From Porphyridium purpureum (Eukaryota), in assembly GCA_008690995.1 (NCBI GenBank), contig VRMN01000003.1, positions 1,364,001 through 1,428,000 on the forward strand: a DNA stretch of 64,000 nt, given 5' to 3'. Below, one piece after another: positions 30,998-43,174 of the stretch (positions are counted from its first letter, which is position 1; the number at the start of each line of letters is the position of its first letter). Both the position numbers and the translations under genes were made by a program. A model generated the notes under the pieces. The model saw only the letters and a program-made list of their open reading frames with translations. It ran no database searches and was not told where the DNA came from.

Positions 30998-32209
30998 TCA
31001 CTTCTGAACCATTTCGTTCTCAAGAACGTGCCGGTCAAAGTCCATGCGGACGGGCTTGGACGTGTCATGTAGACCCAGTGAAACATAGCCCTCATAATAG
31101 TCCTTGGTCAGCGCGTCAAAGTCAGCCGAAAACTGGTTCTTCCAGCCCAGCACCCGTTTGGCCTTGTCAACGCAAACATCAAAGCTCGTGGCACGGAACG
31201 GGAACTTGCCCGCTGAGGGTGCGTCCTTGAAGCGCGCTGGGTCGACGTGCTGAATAAGCTTGTCTACTTGGGCCTGTGTCTTCCCGCAGGCTGCGCCACA
31301 TGCATGCGCAATGCCGTCCAACGAGACAGGGCGGTCTGACGCACAGTTAAATACAGGACCCAGCTCGGCGTCCGTTTTCTCCTCGGCCAGAATTGCGTCC
31401 TCAGCACTGACGACACATGCCAGCATGGCGGCCACGTCGCGCGCATCGGTGACTGTGGTGGTCTGTGTACCTGGCGCCGGGAGGGGAAGAGGCAAATCGC
31501 GCGTGATACGGTCGAAGAACCAGTCCAAGTAGTCACGCTTGTTCGTATAAGGGCCAACGATGTACTGCGGCCGGAAAAACGCGCAGCCTCGCAATTTGCT
31601 TCTCAGGGATGCCTTCACAAGTTCTTCATGCTGTCGCTGTTTGTTATCCGGCTTACTGGGGGTGGTTTCCGTCATTGGGAAGACGTCGCCGGGCTTGTAC
31701 ATGCCGCCGGAACTGACATACGTGTAGAACGCGCCTGTGTCAGCCGCAAGTTCCGCGACTTCTTTTTGACACACGTTCTGGTTATCAAAGACGTATCCAA
31801 AGCCACTCTTCGGCAATACCAAAAGTGCATCGCCGGCGCTGAGGTCTGCAAAGACGCACTCGACCCCGGCATCCTCGAGCTGCTTGTACTGCGAGAACGG
31901 CAGCTTTTTCTTGAGCGCGTCCTGTCCCTTCCCGGCATGATCTGTGAGCAGCGTCACTGCGATCCCTTGCTGCTGCAGCTGCAAAGACAAGTGGAAGCCA
32001 ATCTCGCCGTGGCCGCCGCCTTTATTCGTGACGACGAGCGCGGTCTTATCGGCAGCCACCATCCGCACTGTCCCGGATCTGGCCACCGCTGCACCCCTAC
32101 GCCATGTTCCGCCCCGCACTATACTTTCCTGCGCGTTGCGGCGGCACCCCATCACACCAGGCGCGCCATGCGCCGGCGTTCCGGTCACGAACACAGAAAC
32201 GAACGCCAT
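30998..32209 (-). CDS. CSP41A: Chloroplast stem-loop binding protein CSP41a (NAD-dependent epimerase fold)
   Basis: MAFV transit peptide; LVVTNKGGGHGEIGF, YVSSGGMYKP, FRPQYIVGP, DWFFDRI, FPFR, KAKRVLGW. Confidence 0.9.
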   Translation of the reverse strand: MAFVSVFVTGTPAHGAPGVMGCRRNAQESIVRGGTWRRGAAVARSGTVRMVAADKTALVVTNKGGGHGEIGFHLSLQLQQQGIAVTLLTDHAGKGQDALKKKLPFSQYKQLEDAGVECVFADLSAGDALLVLPKSGFGYVFDNQNVCQKEVAELAADTGAFYTYVSSGGMYKPGDVFPMTETTPSKPDNKQRQHEELVKASLRSKLRGCAFFRPQYIVGPYTNKRDYLDWFFDRITRDLPLPLPAPGTQTTTVTDARDVAAMLACVVSAEDAILAEEKTDAELGPVFNCASDRPVSLDGIAHACGAACGKTQAQVDKLIQHVDPARFKDAPSAGKFPFRATSFDVCVDKAKRVLGWKNQFSADFDALTKDYYEGYVSLGLHDTSKPVRMDFDRHVLENEMVQK

Positions 32210-33450
32210 TTTTGTAAACTCACGTCCTACCTTACAGCCGTTCCAGCGCACGCCACCTGCCTGAAAGCCTCTGCGCTTGCGACTCCCGCCTTGTGTCGTC
32301 GTCCACTTATGGCCACGCTCAACGTCCGCGCTGACTTGACGTTGCGGTGCTCCTCTACTTGCCACCTTGCTCACCCAACAGCTCTCAACTCACGTCATGC
32401 AACCAGCATTGCGCAGCCCTTATGCCGATCTCTGCCAGACCGAAACTGTCGAGCTCGAGCGTTCGCAATCTCCGCACGTAGAGGTACACTCCCACTGTAC
32501 CGCAGACAAGCGCTTCTGTTGTGACGCGGCGGGAGAATCCAAGGCGTCTCCTGGCGCAAACGGATGGGAGGCGTCGCATAATGGCGGAGACAGATGGGAC
32601 TGAACAGCTGGCGTTACGGTCGTGCTTGGAATTAGGAAGGACGCCAGGCTCTGGTTGTGCGCAGCAGCGTGTGGCGCGAAGCAAATAGAATGCATTGAGC
32701 GGTTCCTGCCAGTTGTCATGAGAGACACGCATGTCAATTTCAGATGGGTCTTGGGCGCCGTGCACCAAGCAGACAGAGGATACAGCGGGCGATACGCAGC
32801 GAGCGCGCTGCAGTGTAAAATTTTGCGGAGAAAGGCCAGCCTTGACTGAATAGGAGGCTCGAAGAACTGAAAATCGGTGCGTGTCAACTCGGAACACGTG
32901 AACGGGCCCGGATACATCGGCAGCAGGACGTAGAACATGTACGAGGACTTGTCAGCAGCGCTGCCCCTTGGATGTTGAGATCGCAATCAATGCGCCCGGC
33001 CCAAATCACGCGGCTCCTCGTTTCTGGTGCCCTTTCCATGTTCAACTTGTGCGCACCCATCACGAAAAATTCAGTTTCGGCTGTCACTGTTTGAAAAGAG
33101 GAGCGGATTTTAATAGCGCGGTTGTATAAGACAGAACGTGTGTTTTGATAGAAAGGGCGGAATCTGCTGAGTGGCTAATTGGATTAAGGGCGGGTCGCGA
33201 ACTGAGGAACGAAAGCGAGGACATCAAGACGACCGGGCGAGACTGAGCAGAGCAACGCGCGTTCACCCCTTCCTGTGCGCGAGGGCGTGAGACGCAGCTG
33301 CGCGCTACTTAAGGCTCACGGAGCGACAAGTAACGCTGGGTGAATGGTGTGGCTTGTCCAGTCAAAGCGCACAGGAGAGACACGCACAGACACATAAACG
33401 TAGACAGACGTACGAAGCGGGCGGACGCTGGACTCGAGCGGCACGCCGAG

Positions 33451-34230
33451 ATGAAGTTCAGGAAGCGCACGCTGTCCGCGGTCGCCGGTGTGATTGCGCT
33501 CGTGGCAATGATTTTGACCGTGGTGTCCTTGCCTCTGCGTGCGTGGTTAACGTACCCGCCGCCCATCGAGTTTGAAGGCGGCTCGAACGCCAACTCGTTG
33601 GTGAACGGCGGCACGTTTAGCAACGTGACGCAGTTTTACTACGAGACGCTGGGGCTTTGGCAGGCTGATATTCAGGTCGTCATTGATTTGGAGGAACAAG
33701 TGACAAAGCCGTGCACCGTCGTTGTGATTGGAGACTGCCGGATTTTGGACCCGAACGGCCAATGCGGCACGGTTTTCATCAAGGCGGTCGATATGCTCGT
33801 AGATGAAAGCACGTGCCGAATCTTCCGAGCGACGCGCGGTCTCACGATTGCGAGCTTGCTAGTAACGGTCATTTCCTTCCTCTTTTTTGCGATCAGCATA
33901 GGCCGTAGCTCGCCCAGCAACTCGCTGGGCGCCGGCGTGAGCATGGTCGTTGCTTCAGTGCTCGCGTTCACCAGTGTCATCATGTGGGCCACGCTTAAAA
34001 ACGTGACCAACTTTCGGCAGGACACCTTTGACGGAACGTTGAGTACTGGATTCGGCTTACTTGTCGGAGCGTGCATGCTGGCTTTTATTTCAGCGACGAT
34101 CGCCATTGTCATCGCCGAAAAAGGAAAATCCCAGCAAAAGCAAAACGAATACACGCTCATGTGGGAAGATGGCGACGACCCGGAACCTGAACCTGGTTCC
34201 ATCCCTCCCGTCAGCCAAAAGTCGCAATAA
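33451..34230 (+). CDS. Four-TM membrane protein, claudin/PMP22-like topology
   Basis: TM1 followed by W...GLW...C...C extracellular loop, then three more hydrophobic helices. Confidence 0.65.
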   Translation: MKFRKRTLSAVAGVIALVAMILTVVSLPLRAWLTYPPPIEFEGGSNANSLVNGGTFSNVTQFYYETLGLWQADIQVVIDLEEQVTKPCTVVVIGDCRILDPNGQCGTVFIKAVDMLVDESTCRIFRATRGLTIASLLVTVISFLFFAISIGRSSPSNSLGAGVSMVVASVLAFTSVIMWATLKNVTNFRQDTFDGTLSTGFGLLVGACMLAFISATIAIVIAEKGKSQQKQNEYTLMWEDGDDPEPEPGSIPPVSQKSQ

Positions 34231-34314
34231 AACGCTTGCTTTGAAGTGATCACCACTGCTGGATCTTGTCATTTGTGACCGAAATCCTCGTTCTCTGCCT
34301 TCATGGGTTTCGAA

Positions 34315-37272
34315 TCAGTTCATGAATCCGCGGCATTTGGGTGCCCCACAGTAGCATGGGTCGCGTTTGCTGGGATCCATTTCGCGCTCAAACTTGTAGT
34401 CATACAATATTTCCTCGCCCGGTAGAATGCGCCGCAAACTGTAAAAGCAGATGTGTGTTTGCTCGCCCATCGTCATGATTCTCGCGCGTACGTTCGGTTC
34501 GCAAGAGTGATTGACAAATCGTGCCATGGTGCCGTAATACGTAGAATCGAGCACGTAATTTGCATCCAAGCGAAAGAGGTAAGAATCCCCCGACCCACAG
34601 AGGGTGTACTTGATCTCCCGCATCCTGGCAATCGCACTCCTGACCTTCTGGCCCATGTATTCGATGATAAACTCGTCTGGCTCGATGCGTTCAAGCGCAA
34701 ACAGACCGTATCCATGAATTGGAGAGCGGTCAAAGCGCAAGCTCTTCTTTGCAAACTCCAGCGCGCTAAGCGCCGCGAACCCATCCGAACCTTGCCCGTC
34801 CATTCCGCGGCGAAACAGACGGTATTGTGTACGAGCATCGCGTTTCGCTTCACGCACCACTTCGGCTACCTCTTCCGATCCGAGTATACTGGGCTGCATT
34901 TGTTCCCGCCACACTGCCTTTTCGAGCGGATTAACTTTTCGATACGGTTCGCTTCGCGCGCTTCCAGACGCATTCGGCAAAACAGGCTGCAGGACTCGCT
35001 GCTCGTCTATAGGGGAATCCAGAAGGACATCGATTCCACCCGATTTGGCGCTCCAGGCCAATTCGTCGCTCCCTAGCTTGCTCTCAGAGCCGGCACGACG
35101 TCGGCGTTGCCCAGACCTCGAGGGCTTCGACGCGGCCATGCTCTCGCTGTCTCCTTCTTCGTGAAGGTCAGACATATCATCATCAGCATTCTTCTTGCTA
35201 TCAACGTACAGCAAGAATGCGTCATCATCAGTGCTCGACTCGTCTTCATCGTCAGTATCTTCCTCTTCGCTATCGCTGTCATCACCTGTCCAAGTCAGTC
35301 GCCTTCGCTTGAATTTCTTAAGCCGTTGAACGCGGTTTCGATTAGGGCCACTAAGCGCCGCAGAATCACCAGCGCGCCCGTACGTCGGAAGATGATCTCG
35401 GTGCTTTTGACGAGAGTCATTCTGCAAGAGCTTCTGGTACCAATCCTCCTGATTCGCTGACACTGGTGCCGACTTTGCCGCGTCAGCCATGGCCACGGCA
35501 AGCCGAGACTCTGAAGATAATGTTTCGATCTCGTCGTCACATGAAACCGTGACCAAAAGCCTTTCAGCTTCCTTGCGCAACGCCTGGCCCAGCCTCTTCA
35601 ATAACTCTTGACGAAAGGTCTTAAAGGAGAAGCTTACCGGGTCCACAGTCAGATTTCTCGTCACGTCTCGAACTGCTTGTCGATTGATATCGTCGGATTG
35701 GCTGTTCCTTTTCGTTTTCTCCGCAGCGTCAAAGCTCTCCTGCAACCTTGTTTCAAGCACATGGTTCAAAGCATTAAACTTGGCTGTGTCCATGCGTATA
35801 CCGTCTTGCTCCTGAATTGTACGGATGTGCAACATCCTTTCGTGTTGCACCACGGCTTTTAACCAGTCGAATGCAGCTGAACGTTCCGATGCCGAGCGAT
35901 ACGTGAGCAGTACGACAGGGCCATGCACTTCCATTCTCAGAAAAGGGTGCGCTTCGTCCGTTCTCCGCAGAAATTCGCGGTCCCGCCTGGTCAAAGACCC
36001 AGATCCGCTCGAAAGTTCAAAATGGTTTACACTCCAAACCATTCGAACGCACCAAACGGATGTCTGCTTTGCCTCGCGCTCTTCCTGGGCCTTTCTTTCA
36101 AGCGCCTCTTGCTCCCTTTCCAGCTTTTCAGCAGCTCGTCGCCTCTCTTCTTCGCGCGCCCGCCGTTGCTTTTCCTCCTCCTCCCGCTTTCTGGCTGCTT
36201 CCTTCATCAAGCGGGCTTCACCTTTCCTCAGCTCAGACTTCACGCATTCATGCGCAAATCGCCGTCCAAGTACATCAATGTGCATCAAAATCTTTGCGCC
36301 GAACCAGATCCTACCTTGGAACTGCTCGATCGCGCGCTCGGCGTCCTTCACACGCGCAAACTGTACAGATGCGATCTGATGCAGTTGCTCGGCGCTGTGA
36401 AGCCTGCTGGCTTCAATTTCCGGACCATGGTCTTTTCGGGCGCCACCAAAGTCCTCGTGAAGCTCAATTCGTCTGACTTTGCCGCACGCCTGCAACTCTT
36501 CGTAGAGAAAGTCTCTTGTGACCCTCGAATGCAAGCCCTCTATGTACACCAGCCTCTCATCATCAGTGGGCTCAAACTTGTCCTTCTCGTACCCAACGTG
36601 GGAGCGCATAGACTCGAGTGCCATGCTGCGCCTCTCTCTTTGCTTCTGCAACAAGAGGGCGTACTCCTCCTGGGAGCTCCCAAATCGAGGATCTTGTGGC
36701 GCCATTCGTGCCGTATCTTCCGCTGCCAGCTTCCCGTTCACCGACAGCTGACGGCAATATTTTAGAGGCCATTGGCTCGCAATCGCTCCGTCTGACGGGT
36801 TCTGAACCGCTCTGAACGACCCTGCAGTGCATAAATACGACAGGTACGAGGCGCCACTGCTGTCTGGGTCGCCAGGCACTATCAACCGCAAATTCTTTTC
36901 ACCGGAGTCCTGGCGAGGCCACCAACTCACGGACTCTTTCTCGGAAAACACCTGGACAAACCCTGCTTTCTCTTCCGCTTGCTCTTTCACAACGGCCTTT
37001 GCCTTTGGAGCCTGCGTCAGCTCGTGTGCGTGGTCCAGCCCCAAGACGAACCGCCTCCTGTTTCCGACATGGTTTTTCGGAAGAGTATCACGACTAGAGC
37101 CAGACGTCGACGGCAATTTCCCAGGAACCGCATGGCGAGGCGCCCGGATGGTCCATCCCGGCTTGCTGAGCTGCCGTTCCGCATCCATCGACGCCGAGCG
37201 CACGACCCACCAATCGCTCGTCGCGCGCGCGAACCGCGCACAACTCCGAACGACTTTGGCTTCCCGGTTCAT
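34315..37272 (-). CDS. SET1: Histone H3K4 methyltransferase Set1 (RRM, n-SET, SET, post-SET)
   Basis: RRM (VYIEGL..ASVQF), GSARSEPY, SPIHGYGLFA, IIEYMG, ARFVNHSCEPN, EEILYDYKF, CYCGAPKCRGFMN. The start may be a later ATG. Confidence 0.93.
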   Translation of the reverse strand: MNREAKVVRSCARFARATSDWWVVRSASMDAERQLSKPGWTIRAPRHAVPGKLPSTSGSSRDTLPKNHVGNRRRFVLGLDHAHELTQAPKAKAVVKEQAEEKAGFVQVFSEKESVSWWPRQDSGEKNLRLIVPGDPDSSGASYLSYLCTAGSFRAVQNPSDGAIASQWPLKYCRQLSVNGKLAAEDTARMAPQDPRFGSSQEEYALLLQKQRERRSMALESMRSHVGYEKDKFEPTDDERLVYIEGLHSRVTRDFLYEELQACGKVRRIELHEDFGGARKDHGPEIEASRLHSAEQLHQIASVQFARVKDAERAIEQFQGRIWFGAKILMHIDVLGRRFAHECVKSELRKGEARLMKEAARKREEEEKQRRAREEERRRAAEKLEREQEALERKAQEEREAKQTSVWCVRMVWSVNHFELSSGSGSLTRRDREFLRRTDEAHPFLRMEVHGPVVLLTYRSASERSAAFDWLKAVVQHERMLHIRTIQEQDGIRMDTAKFNALNHVLETRLQESFDAAEKTKRNSQSDDINRQAVRDVTRNLTVDPVSFSFKTFRQELLKRLGQALRKEAERLLVTVSCDDEIETLSSESRLAVAMADAAKSAPVSANQEDWYQKLLQNDSRQKHRDHLPTYGRAGDSAALSGPNRNRVQRLKKFKRRRLTWTGDDSDSEEEDTDDEDESSTDDDAFLLYVDSKKNADDDMSDLHEEGDSESMAASKPSRSGQRRRRAGSESKLGSDELAWSAKSGGIDVLLDSPIDEQRVLQPVLPNASGSARSEPYRKVNPLEKAVWREQMQPSILGSEEVAEVVREAKRDARTQYRLFRRGMDGQGSDGFAALSALEFAKKSLRFDRSPIHGYGLFALERIEPDEFIIEYMGQKVRSAIARMREIKYTLCGSGDSYLFRLDANYVLDSTYYGTMARFVNHSCEPNVRARIMTMGEQTHICFYSLRRILPGEEILYDYKFEREMDPSKRDPCYCGAPKCRGFMN

Positions 37273-37472
37273 TGTTTGGATCGCGGCCGGCGCGGTTTAT
37301 CAGTTAACACACTGTACCTCGAGCTCGGTACAGTGAAAAGTGTACGCCATCGTTGCCAAACGGTCCGCTAACGCGTTTATGTTTTCGGTTTAATGGCTTG
37401 ATGGTTTTGGTTCCTCGACGTTCTCACAAACTCCTGTGCGGGAGGAGAGAAGGAAGCAAGGTCGTGGCTTCG

Positions 37473-38510
37473 ATGGACGAGCAAGACGACGAGAGACGCG
37501 GAGGCTGCGAAGGGCGTCTCCGGGTGGGAGACCGTGTGCTGCGCAAGTTTGGCGACGATGAGCAGTTTTATGTGCTGGGACGTGTGGTGGCCGTGAATGA
37601 AAGGGTGGGGAAGCGAAAACTAGAGCATCTGCAAGGCGACTCGTCGCATCTTCCGCGTCGTCAGGCGGGGTTCAGGAAGACGGGAGAAGATGGCGAAGAA
37701 GCAGGCGCCAGTGATGAGGATCGTGAGGTGAACACTGTGGATGTGGTGGATTGTTGGCACTGCACGGCGCATGCGCGTCACAACGCCGTGCCGGAGTCAG
37801 CACTGCTCCGAATCTCGGCCGAAACCCATCATTTGCTCTGGTATACGGGCACTCAAAAGGAGAAGGCTGAATACAGTAAGAAGTTGAAGAAAGAGCCGGG
37901 CCCTAGGAAGCACAGCAGCGTCAATGCAGCTGCAGCGGGAGGAAATCTCAGAATCGCCATCCCTCGACAGTTGCAACGAGTGTGGGCGCTATATATGGAA
38001 GGGGTACTGAATGGCGGTGAGCCGTGCAAGTTGCCGCGGGACCCCAGTATCGAACAGATTCTGGCCTTCTGGAAGGGCTCAAAGATTGACCGCGACTCGC
38101 AGGCAGCCGAATTTCACACCCTCCTGGATTGGTTCAAGAGAACACTCGAAAACTTAATCCCACGGCTCATTCTGCCACCCGAAATGGAGGCGCACGACAA
38201 GTTTCTCCGGCCGAAGACCAAGCCAAGACCGATGTGCAAGCTGTACGGCATCGAACATTTGGTATTATGCCTGCTCGAATTTCAGGAAATAGTGTTGGAG
38301 GCGGAGAAAGCCCCCACCCTGAAGCACAGCGCTGTACAGGAGACGCTTTTGCATCCGACTGTGATCCACTTTATTAACGGATTATGTGCTTTCCTCGTAC
38401 GCGGGCAGTCGTCTCTTTTCCCTCCCGAATACGTGAGTCTGCCAGTGGGCGTCGTTCCCCCGCATTTAGATCGGTGGAGGACTTTTGAAGTAGAGAACAA
38501 ACAAGGCTGA
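37473..38510 (+). CDS. MRG15/Eaf3-like chromatin protein (divergent chromo-barrel plus MRG domain)
   Basis: IAIPRQLQ, KLPRDPSIEQIL, KLYGIEHL and SSLF..EY match the MRG domain pattern. Confidence 0.7.
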   Translation: MDEQDDERRGGCEGRLRVGDRVLRKFGDDEQFYVLGRVVAVNERVGKRKLEHLQGDSSHLPRRQAGFRKTGEDGEEAGASDEDREVNTVDVVDCWHCTAHARHNAVPESALLRISAETHHLLWYTGTQKEKAEYSKKLKKEPGPRKHSSVNAAAAGGNLRIAIPRQLQRVWALYMEGVLNGGEPCKLPRDPSIEQILAFWKGSKIDRDSQAAEFHTLLDWFKRTLENLIPRLILPPEMEAHDKFLRPKTKPRPMCKLYGIEHLVLCLLEFQEIVLEAEKAPTLKHSAVQETLLHPTVIHFINGLCAFLVRGQSSLFPPEYVSLPVGVVPPHLDRWRTFEVENKQG

Positions 38511-38814
38511 GTTCCTCCCGCCATTGCACGGATAAGTCTTGAAGGCTTGTTGATCTCGTCCTCTTGCATCTTGAACCCTGCATTCACCTCGTTCGGAACC
38601 AGGCGGTTTCCGAGTGGAACCAGACGCGAACGTGGCGTGTGTCCGCACAGACTCTCGTGAGCCGCCCCAACTTTACCACAGTCCTGTAGCCATGGATACC
38701 CGTTGCGGGTGTTAAATGTACAATCAGTAGTTCTCCCAGCCCAAGCTTGCATGGAAAAACGCACGATGCGACGCAGGTGGTGCACAAGCAGAGTCTCGCG
38801 TCTTTCTGGGACTT

Positions 38815-40332
38815 GTGCGAAAAATGCGATTGCGCACTCGAGCAGTGGTTGAGAACACTGCGAAAGCGCCAGCGACGCGACAACCGACGCCGTCTAAAGA
38901 CGCAGCCCAGACAAGCAAAGAAAAGGAACGGTTGGCTTCGGATGAGCCTCAGGATGGTGTGCTCACCGACACGGCGAGTGGCGAGGTATCACGGCAGAAC
39001 TTGTTGGGTGGCGAGGTAGCTCGGAAATCCTTGGCGGGTAGCAATGGAGCCGGGTCCGGGGTTCATGCCGGAAGTAGCGGTGGGAAAAGGACAGTGACAG
39101 AAGATCTTGACTCGGCGCAGTTGTCGTCGCAGGCGCACTTGACGAAGAAAAGTAGGGATGATGAAGCAAATGCGGTTCGGCAGCCACACGCCAAGGCACC
39201 AGCCGTGGAAGAACAAAGTGGGATTGTGCGATTTACGGGCCAAGACGATGATGACGATGAAGACGATGAAGAGCAGGAAGGCGCAGAAAGTTCAGACACT
39301 GAAAGCTTAGATGATGAATGTTTCGATGGCATGAAGGTCAAAGACATTGCCTTCCGACATGCTTGGCGCGAGTGTGAATATCGAATGAGCGCCGGGCAGG
39401 TAGGCTTACGCTTTGTACCCATGAACGATGAATATCGATGGTTTGCAATCACCGTGTACCTGCACACGCGCACGCTGTTTGTCGAGGGACAGACGTGCGA
39501 CGTCGATGTGCTCCAGAATTTGATGTTCGACTCGAATCTCGAGTTGCTGGAGCAGGCTTTTGAAAACCCGGCGTTCTTTCTGGGCGCAGAGGGGTTGAAG
39601 CATCATGCGCCCGCGTGGTCATGTATTTCCGACGAACAAGGTCAGTTGTGCTCAGAGACCGAACGGAGATGGATGATTTACGGCAACGTGGGTACTTTCT
39701 TCGGGACGATGAGTTTCGCCAGCCTCTCGCAGAGCAAGGTCAGCTGGAATCCTCGGCAGCACATGATGGCAGTGTGCCTAGGACAGTGTATTCGAGTGTC
39801 AGTGGACGGTAGCGTGGCCTGGCATGATCTTGCGCCGGCGATCAAGCCAAGAGTGGAAGCCTTGGTGAAAGAGCGGTTGTCCTTTCAATTTGTCGCGCTG
39901 GGTTCACACGACCGCCTCTACATCAAATTTGGGGGTGGGCGCCACTATGCAGAGGGCCCCGCACGCTTCAAGGCAGCTGTTCAAGACTCGTGGAATGTCG
40001 CATACGTGACGTTCGGCACCGACTACGACTCATGGCTCGTGATCAAGCTCGATCATAGTGTGGTGTACAATAACGTACCTCAAGGGCTGGAGCACCGCTT
40101 AACCCAGAAAAACCAAATCGCGAGGCTGCGGTTTGCATCGCTCGCGCCGGATAACCCGAGGGTATACTTCGTTGTGTATCTGAATAACCGTATTGCGTAC
40201 AGCGGACTGCCTGCGAGTATAACGACAGAAATGAAGGACGGTCTCTCACTTTGTACAGTGGTCTTCAACCGAATGCGCCCGAGTGCGCGCGGATACGAGT
40301 TCTTTTTCACTAGATACGTGGAAGACGAGTAA
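38815..40332 (+). CDS. Hypothetical 505 aa protein with acidic linker and C-terminal ~45-aa beta-rich repeats
   Basis: Long ORF with recurring units such as FVALGSHDRLYIKF.GG, YVTFGTDYDSWLV and FASLAPDNPRVYFV. Confidence 0.7.
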   Translation: MRKMRLRTRAVVENTAKAPATRQPTPSKDAAQTSKEKERLASDEPQDGVLTDTASGEVSRQNLLGGEVARKSLAGSNGAGSGVHAGSSGGKRTVTEDLDSAQLSSQAHLTKKSRDDEANAVRQPHAKAPAVEEQSGIVRFTGQDDDDDEDDEEQEGAESSDTESLDDECFDGMKVKDIAFRHAWRECEYRMSAGQVGLRFVPMNDEYRWFAITVYLHTRTLFVEGQTCDVDVLQNLMFDSNLELLEQAFENPAFFLGAEGLKHHAPAWSCISDEQGQLCSETERRWMIYGNVGTFFGTMSFASLSQSKVSWNPRQHMMAVCLGQCIRVSVDGSVAWHDLAPAIKPRVEALVKERLSFQFVALGSHDRLYIKFGGGRHYAEGPARFKAAVQDSWNVAYVTFGTDYDSWLVIKLDHSVVYNNVPQGLEHRLTQKNQIARLRFASLAPDNPRVYFVVYLNNRIAYSGLPASITTEMKDGLSLCTVVFNRMRPSARGYEFFFTRYVEDE

Positions 40333-40470
40333 CGAAGGCTGCACGCCAGCGAAATTTCGACGAGCAACCCGTCGGCGAAATTGACACGAGGCGGTGGCGC
40401 GACGTCGAGAAGGATCCCATTAGAAGTAGGAACCGAGCTGATTTCGTTTCTGAATGGCATTCAAAAGTGT

Positions 40471-40486
40471 GGTGCGTAAATACACC
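40471..40486 (-). terminator. Putative histone mRNA 3' stem-loop downstream of H3
   Basis: GGTGTATTTACGCACC on the minus strand, 125 nt after the stop; identical to 41964-41979. Confidence 0.7.
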
Positions 40487-40528
40487 GTTTTGATTCTTTG
40501 ACAGCAAGCCGTCTTGATGAACTCATCC

Positions 40529-40588
40529 TTTTTGTTTTTCTTTTTGTTTTTCTTTTTGTTTTTCTTTTTGTTTTTCTTTTTGTTTTTC
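40529..40588. repeat. (TTTTTGTTTTTC)x5 tandem repeat in the H3 3' UTR (A-rich on the sense strand)
   Basis: Direct reading. Confidence 0.9.
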
Positions 40589-40611
40589 TCCCCAGCCCTT
40601 CCATGGTGGGC

Positions 40612-41028
<417 letters not shown>

Positions 41029-41243
41029 TCACCCTCCAATTGCTCTTCTCTACCTTCTCGCCTCTCACCTGCTCTCTCAGTTACCTTTTTCACGGCATAT
41101 TGTCAACCCACGACCGCGCCACCCTGTTTATATACGGAGCGCACTTGTCGAGTAAATCATCGAAACGCATGCATTTCGTGACAGCGCGACCGATGGCCTG
41201 CCAACATGACAAAAATGACACCAAAACATACGCGTGCGGCGCA

Positions 41244-41305
41244 GCATATAAAAATGAACGTGTTTTTATATCCGCGCTCATGCGCATATAAAAATGAACG
41301 TGTTT
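41244..41305. promoter_or_regulatory. Duplicated 22-bp TATA-containing element in the H3/H4 bidirectional promoter
   Basis: GCATATAAAAATGAACGTGTTT at 41244-41265 and 41284-41305. Confidence 0.75.
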
Positions 41306-41467
41306 GGGCAGTTTCAATGACCTCTACTAAAAAGGACGCGTTCTTGTAGGGGCGCGCTGCTTCGTGTTCTGCTTGGCAACTGGCTGGCTGGACAGAACGC
41401 GCGCGCGCTCGTACTTAAAAAGGACCAGAGCGGTGTGAAGAAGAGATTAGAAGTGGTTGATAGATGA

Positions 41468-41839
<372 letters not shown>

Positions 41840-41963
41840 GTGGCTGTGCTTTGCTGTCGACGTGCAACAAGAGAGCAGAGAAAAAAAAAATTCAAGAAAA
41901 GTCCAAAAAGAGCAAAGTCATGGGCAGCTCGCGCGGTCCAAAGACACAAAAAAACAACAAAAA

Positions 41964-41979
41964 GGTGTATTTACGCACC
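41964..41979 (+). terminator. Putative histone mRNA 3' stem-loop downstream of H4
   Basis: AAAA-GGTGTATTTACGCACC-ACA, 124 nt after the stop. Confidence 0.7.
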
Positions 41980-43174
41980 ACAACATCGGAAAGCTTGAAA
42001 CGACATCAGTCCATCCCTTTGCTGCAGCTCGAAGCTCAGCAAAATTAGCGTCCTCTTCTTGTCCTGTAGCTCAAGTAGGTCGCCAGGCTGGTTATACTTT
42101 TGGGTCCGGGCGGGGTGCTTAGAAATAGGGGCACTGTTTAGGCCCGTTTATTTCCCCTCGTTGGTCCTAAATTCATGACAAGTGCTGCAAACGGGAAACG
42201 ACCTGCGAGCACCAAGCTGGCTGCTTACGTTTTGGTGGAGATACTGGATGAGCCTGTGCATTCCACTGGACGACTTGAAGCTCAAGCATGACCAGAAGTT
42301 GGTGCGAACCGGCGATCCTCAAGCGAGAATCGTTTTCCCTCACAATTTTGTCTGTGCAACCTCGTCCACTTCAGCCTTCTGGGCGAGATTGCGGTCCGCG
42401 ACACAATCGATGCGAGACGGAAGACGCCATCTTGCCTGGACAGGATGTGCGCACACACTACATCAGTCGAGGCATTCCAAAAAGCGGAGAAAGGGGCATG
42501 AGCCAGCAATGCGCATGATCCATCGGCGACACAGTGTGTGCCGCACGACCGCGACGCCTAAGCTGCCATGCAAGTCAGTGCTGGCAGCCGTCACTCACCC
42601 CCAACATGCACTCCCCCCGGTGCGCCGCACAGGGTATCGCACCGGAGCGCCGCACGAGCAACCGAGCACGGCTCATGCCAAGGGCATGCCAGAGACCATA
42701 AAGCCCAGCGGCCGGTCAGAGCGTGCTCCGGCTCGCACGGTGCATTGGCTCATGTTATGCGCGTTCTCCGAGCGTTGATTCCGACGTCAGTTCGCATTGC
42801 GGTTTGAGCCGCCTGGCAGCGAAAACTTGACCAAAAAAAAGTTCCCGTGCGACTGGCCGCCGTGGTTTGAGTAGTGTACAGTTGCGTTTTCCCAAGACTT
42901 CTTGGTAGGGTACAGTTAAGGGGTTGAGCCGATTGGAGAAACTGAGCCGGCGCGAGGCGACACGCGCATGCACCCGAGCGAGGCGAAGCGTTGAAAGAGG
43001 TGCGCGGCGACGAGGAAGAAGCAGGAGGAGCCTCGGCAGGATGGTTGGATATATAACGGGCGCCGCGGAGCGCGGCACTCTGCTCATCAGCCATGGCGCA
43101 GCGTCAAGACAACGGGAAGGCAAAGGGCAAATCAGAAAGAGTTGACTTGGCACAGAGAGCAAGAACGAGCAAGG

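Noticed and set aside
32385..33266. ORFs of 60-188 aa upstream of CSP41a
   Set aside because: No family motifs recognised; cannot be supported as genes.
42182..43100. ORFs between H4 and the NhaC gene
   Set aside because: Low-information Arg/Ala/Pro-rich translations without motifs.
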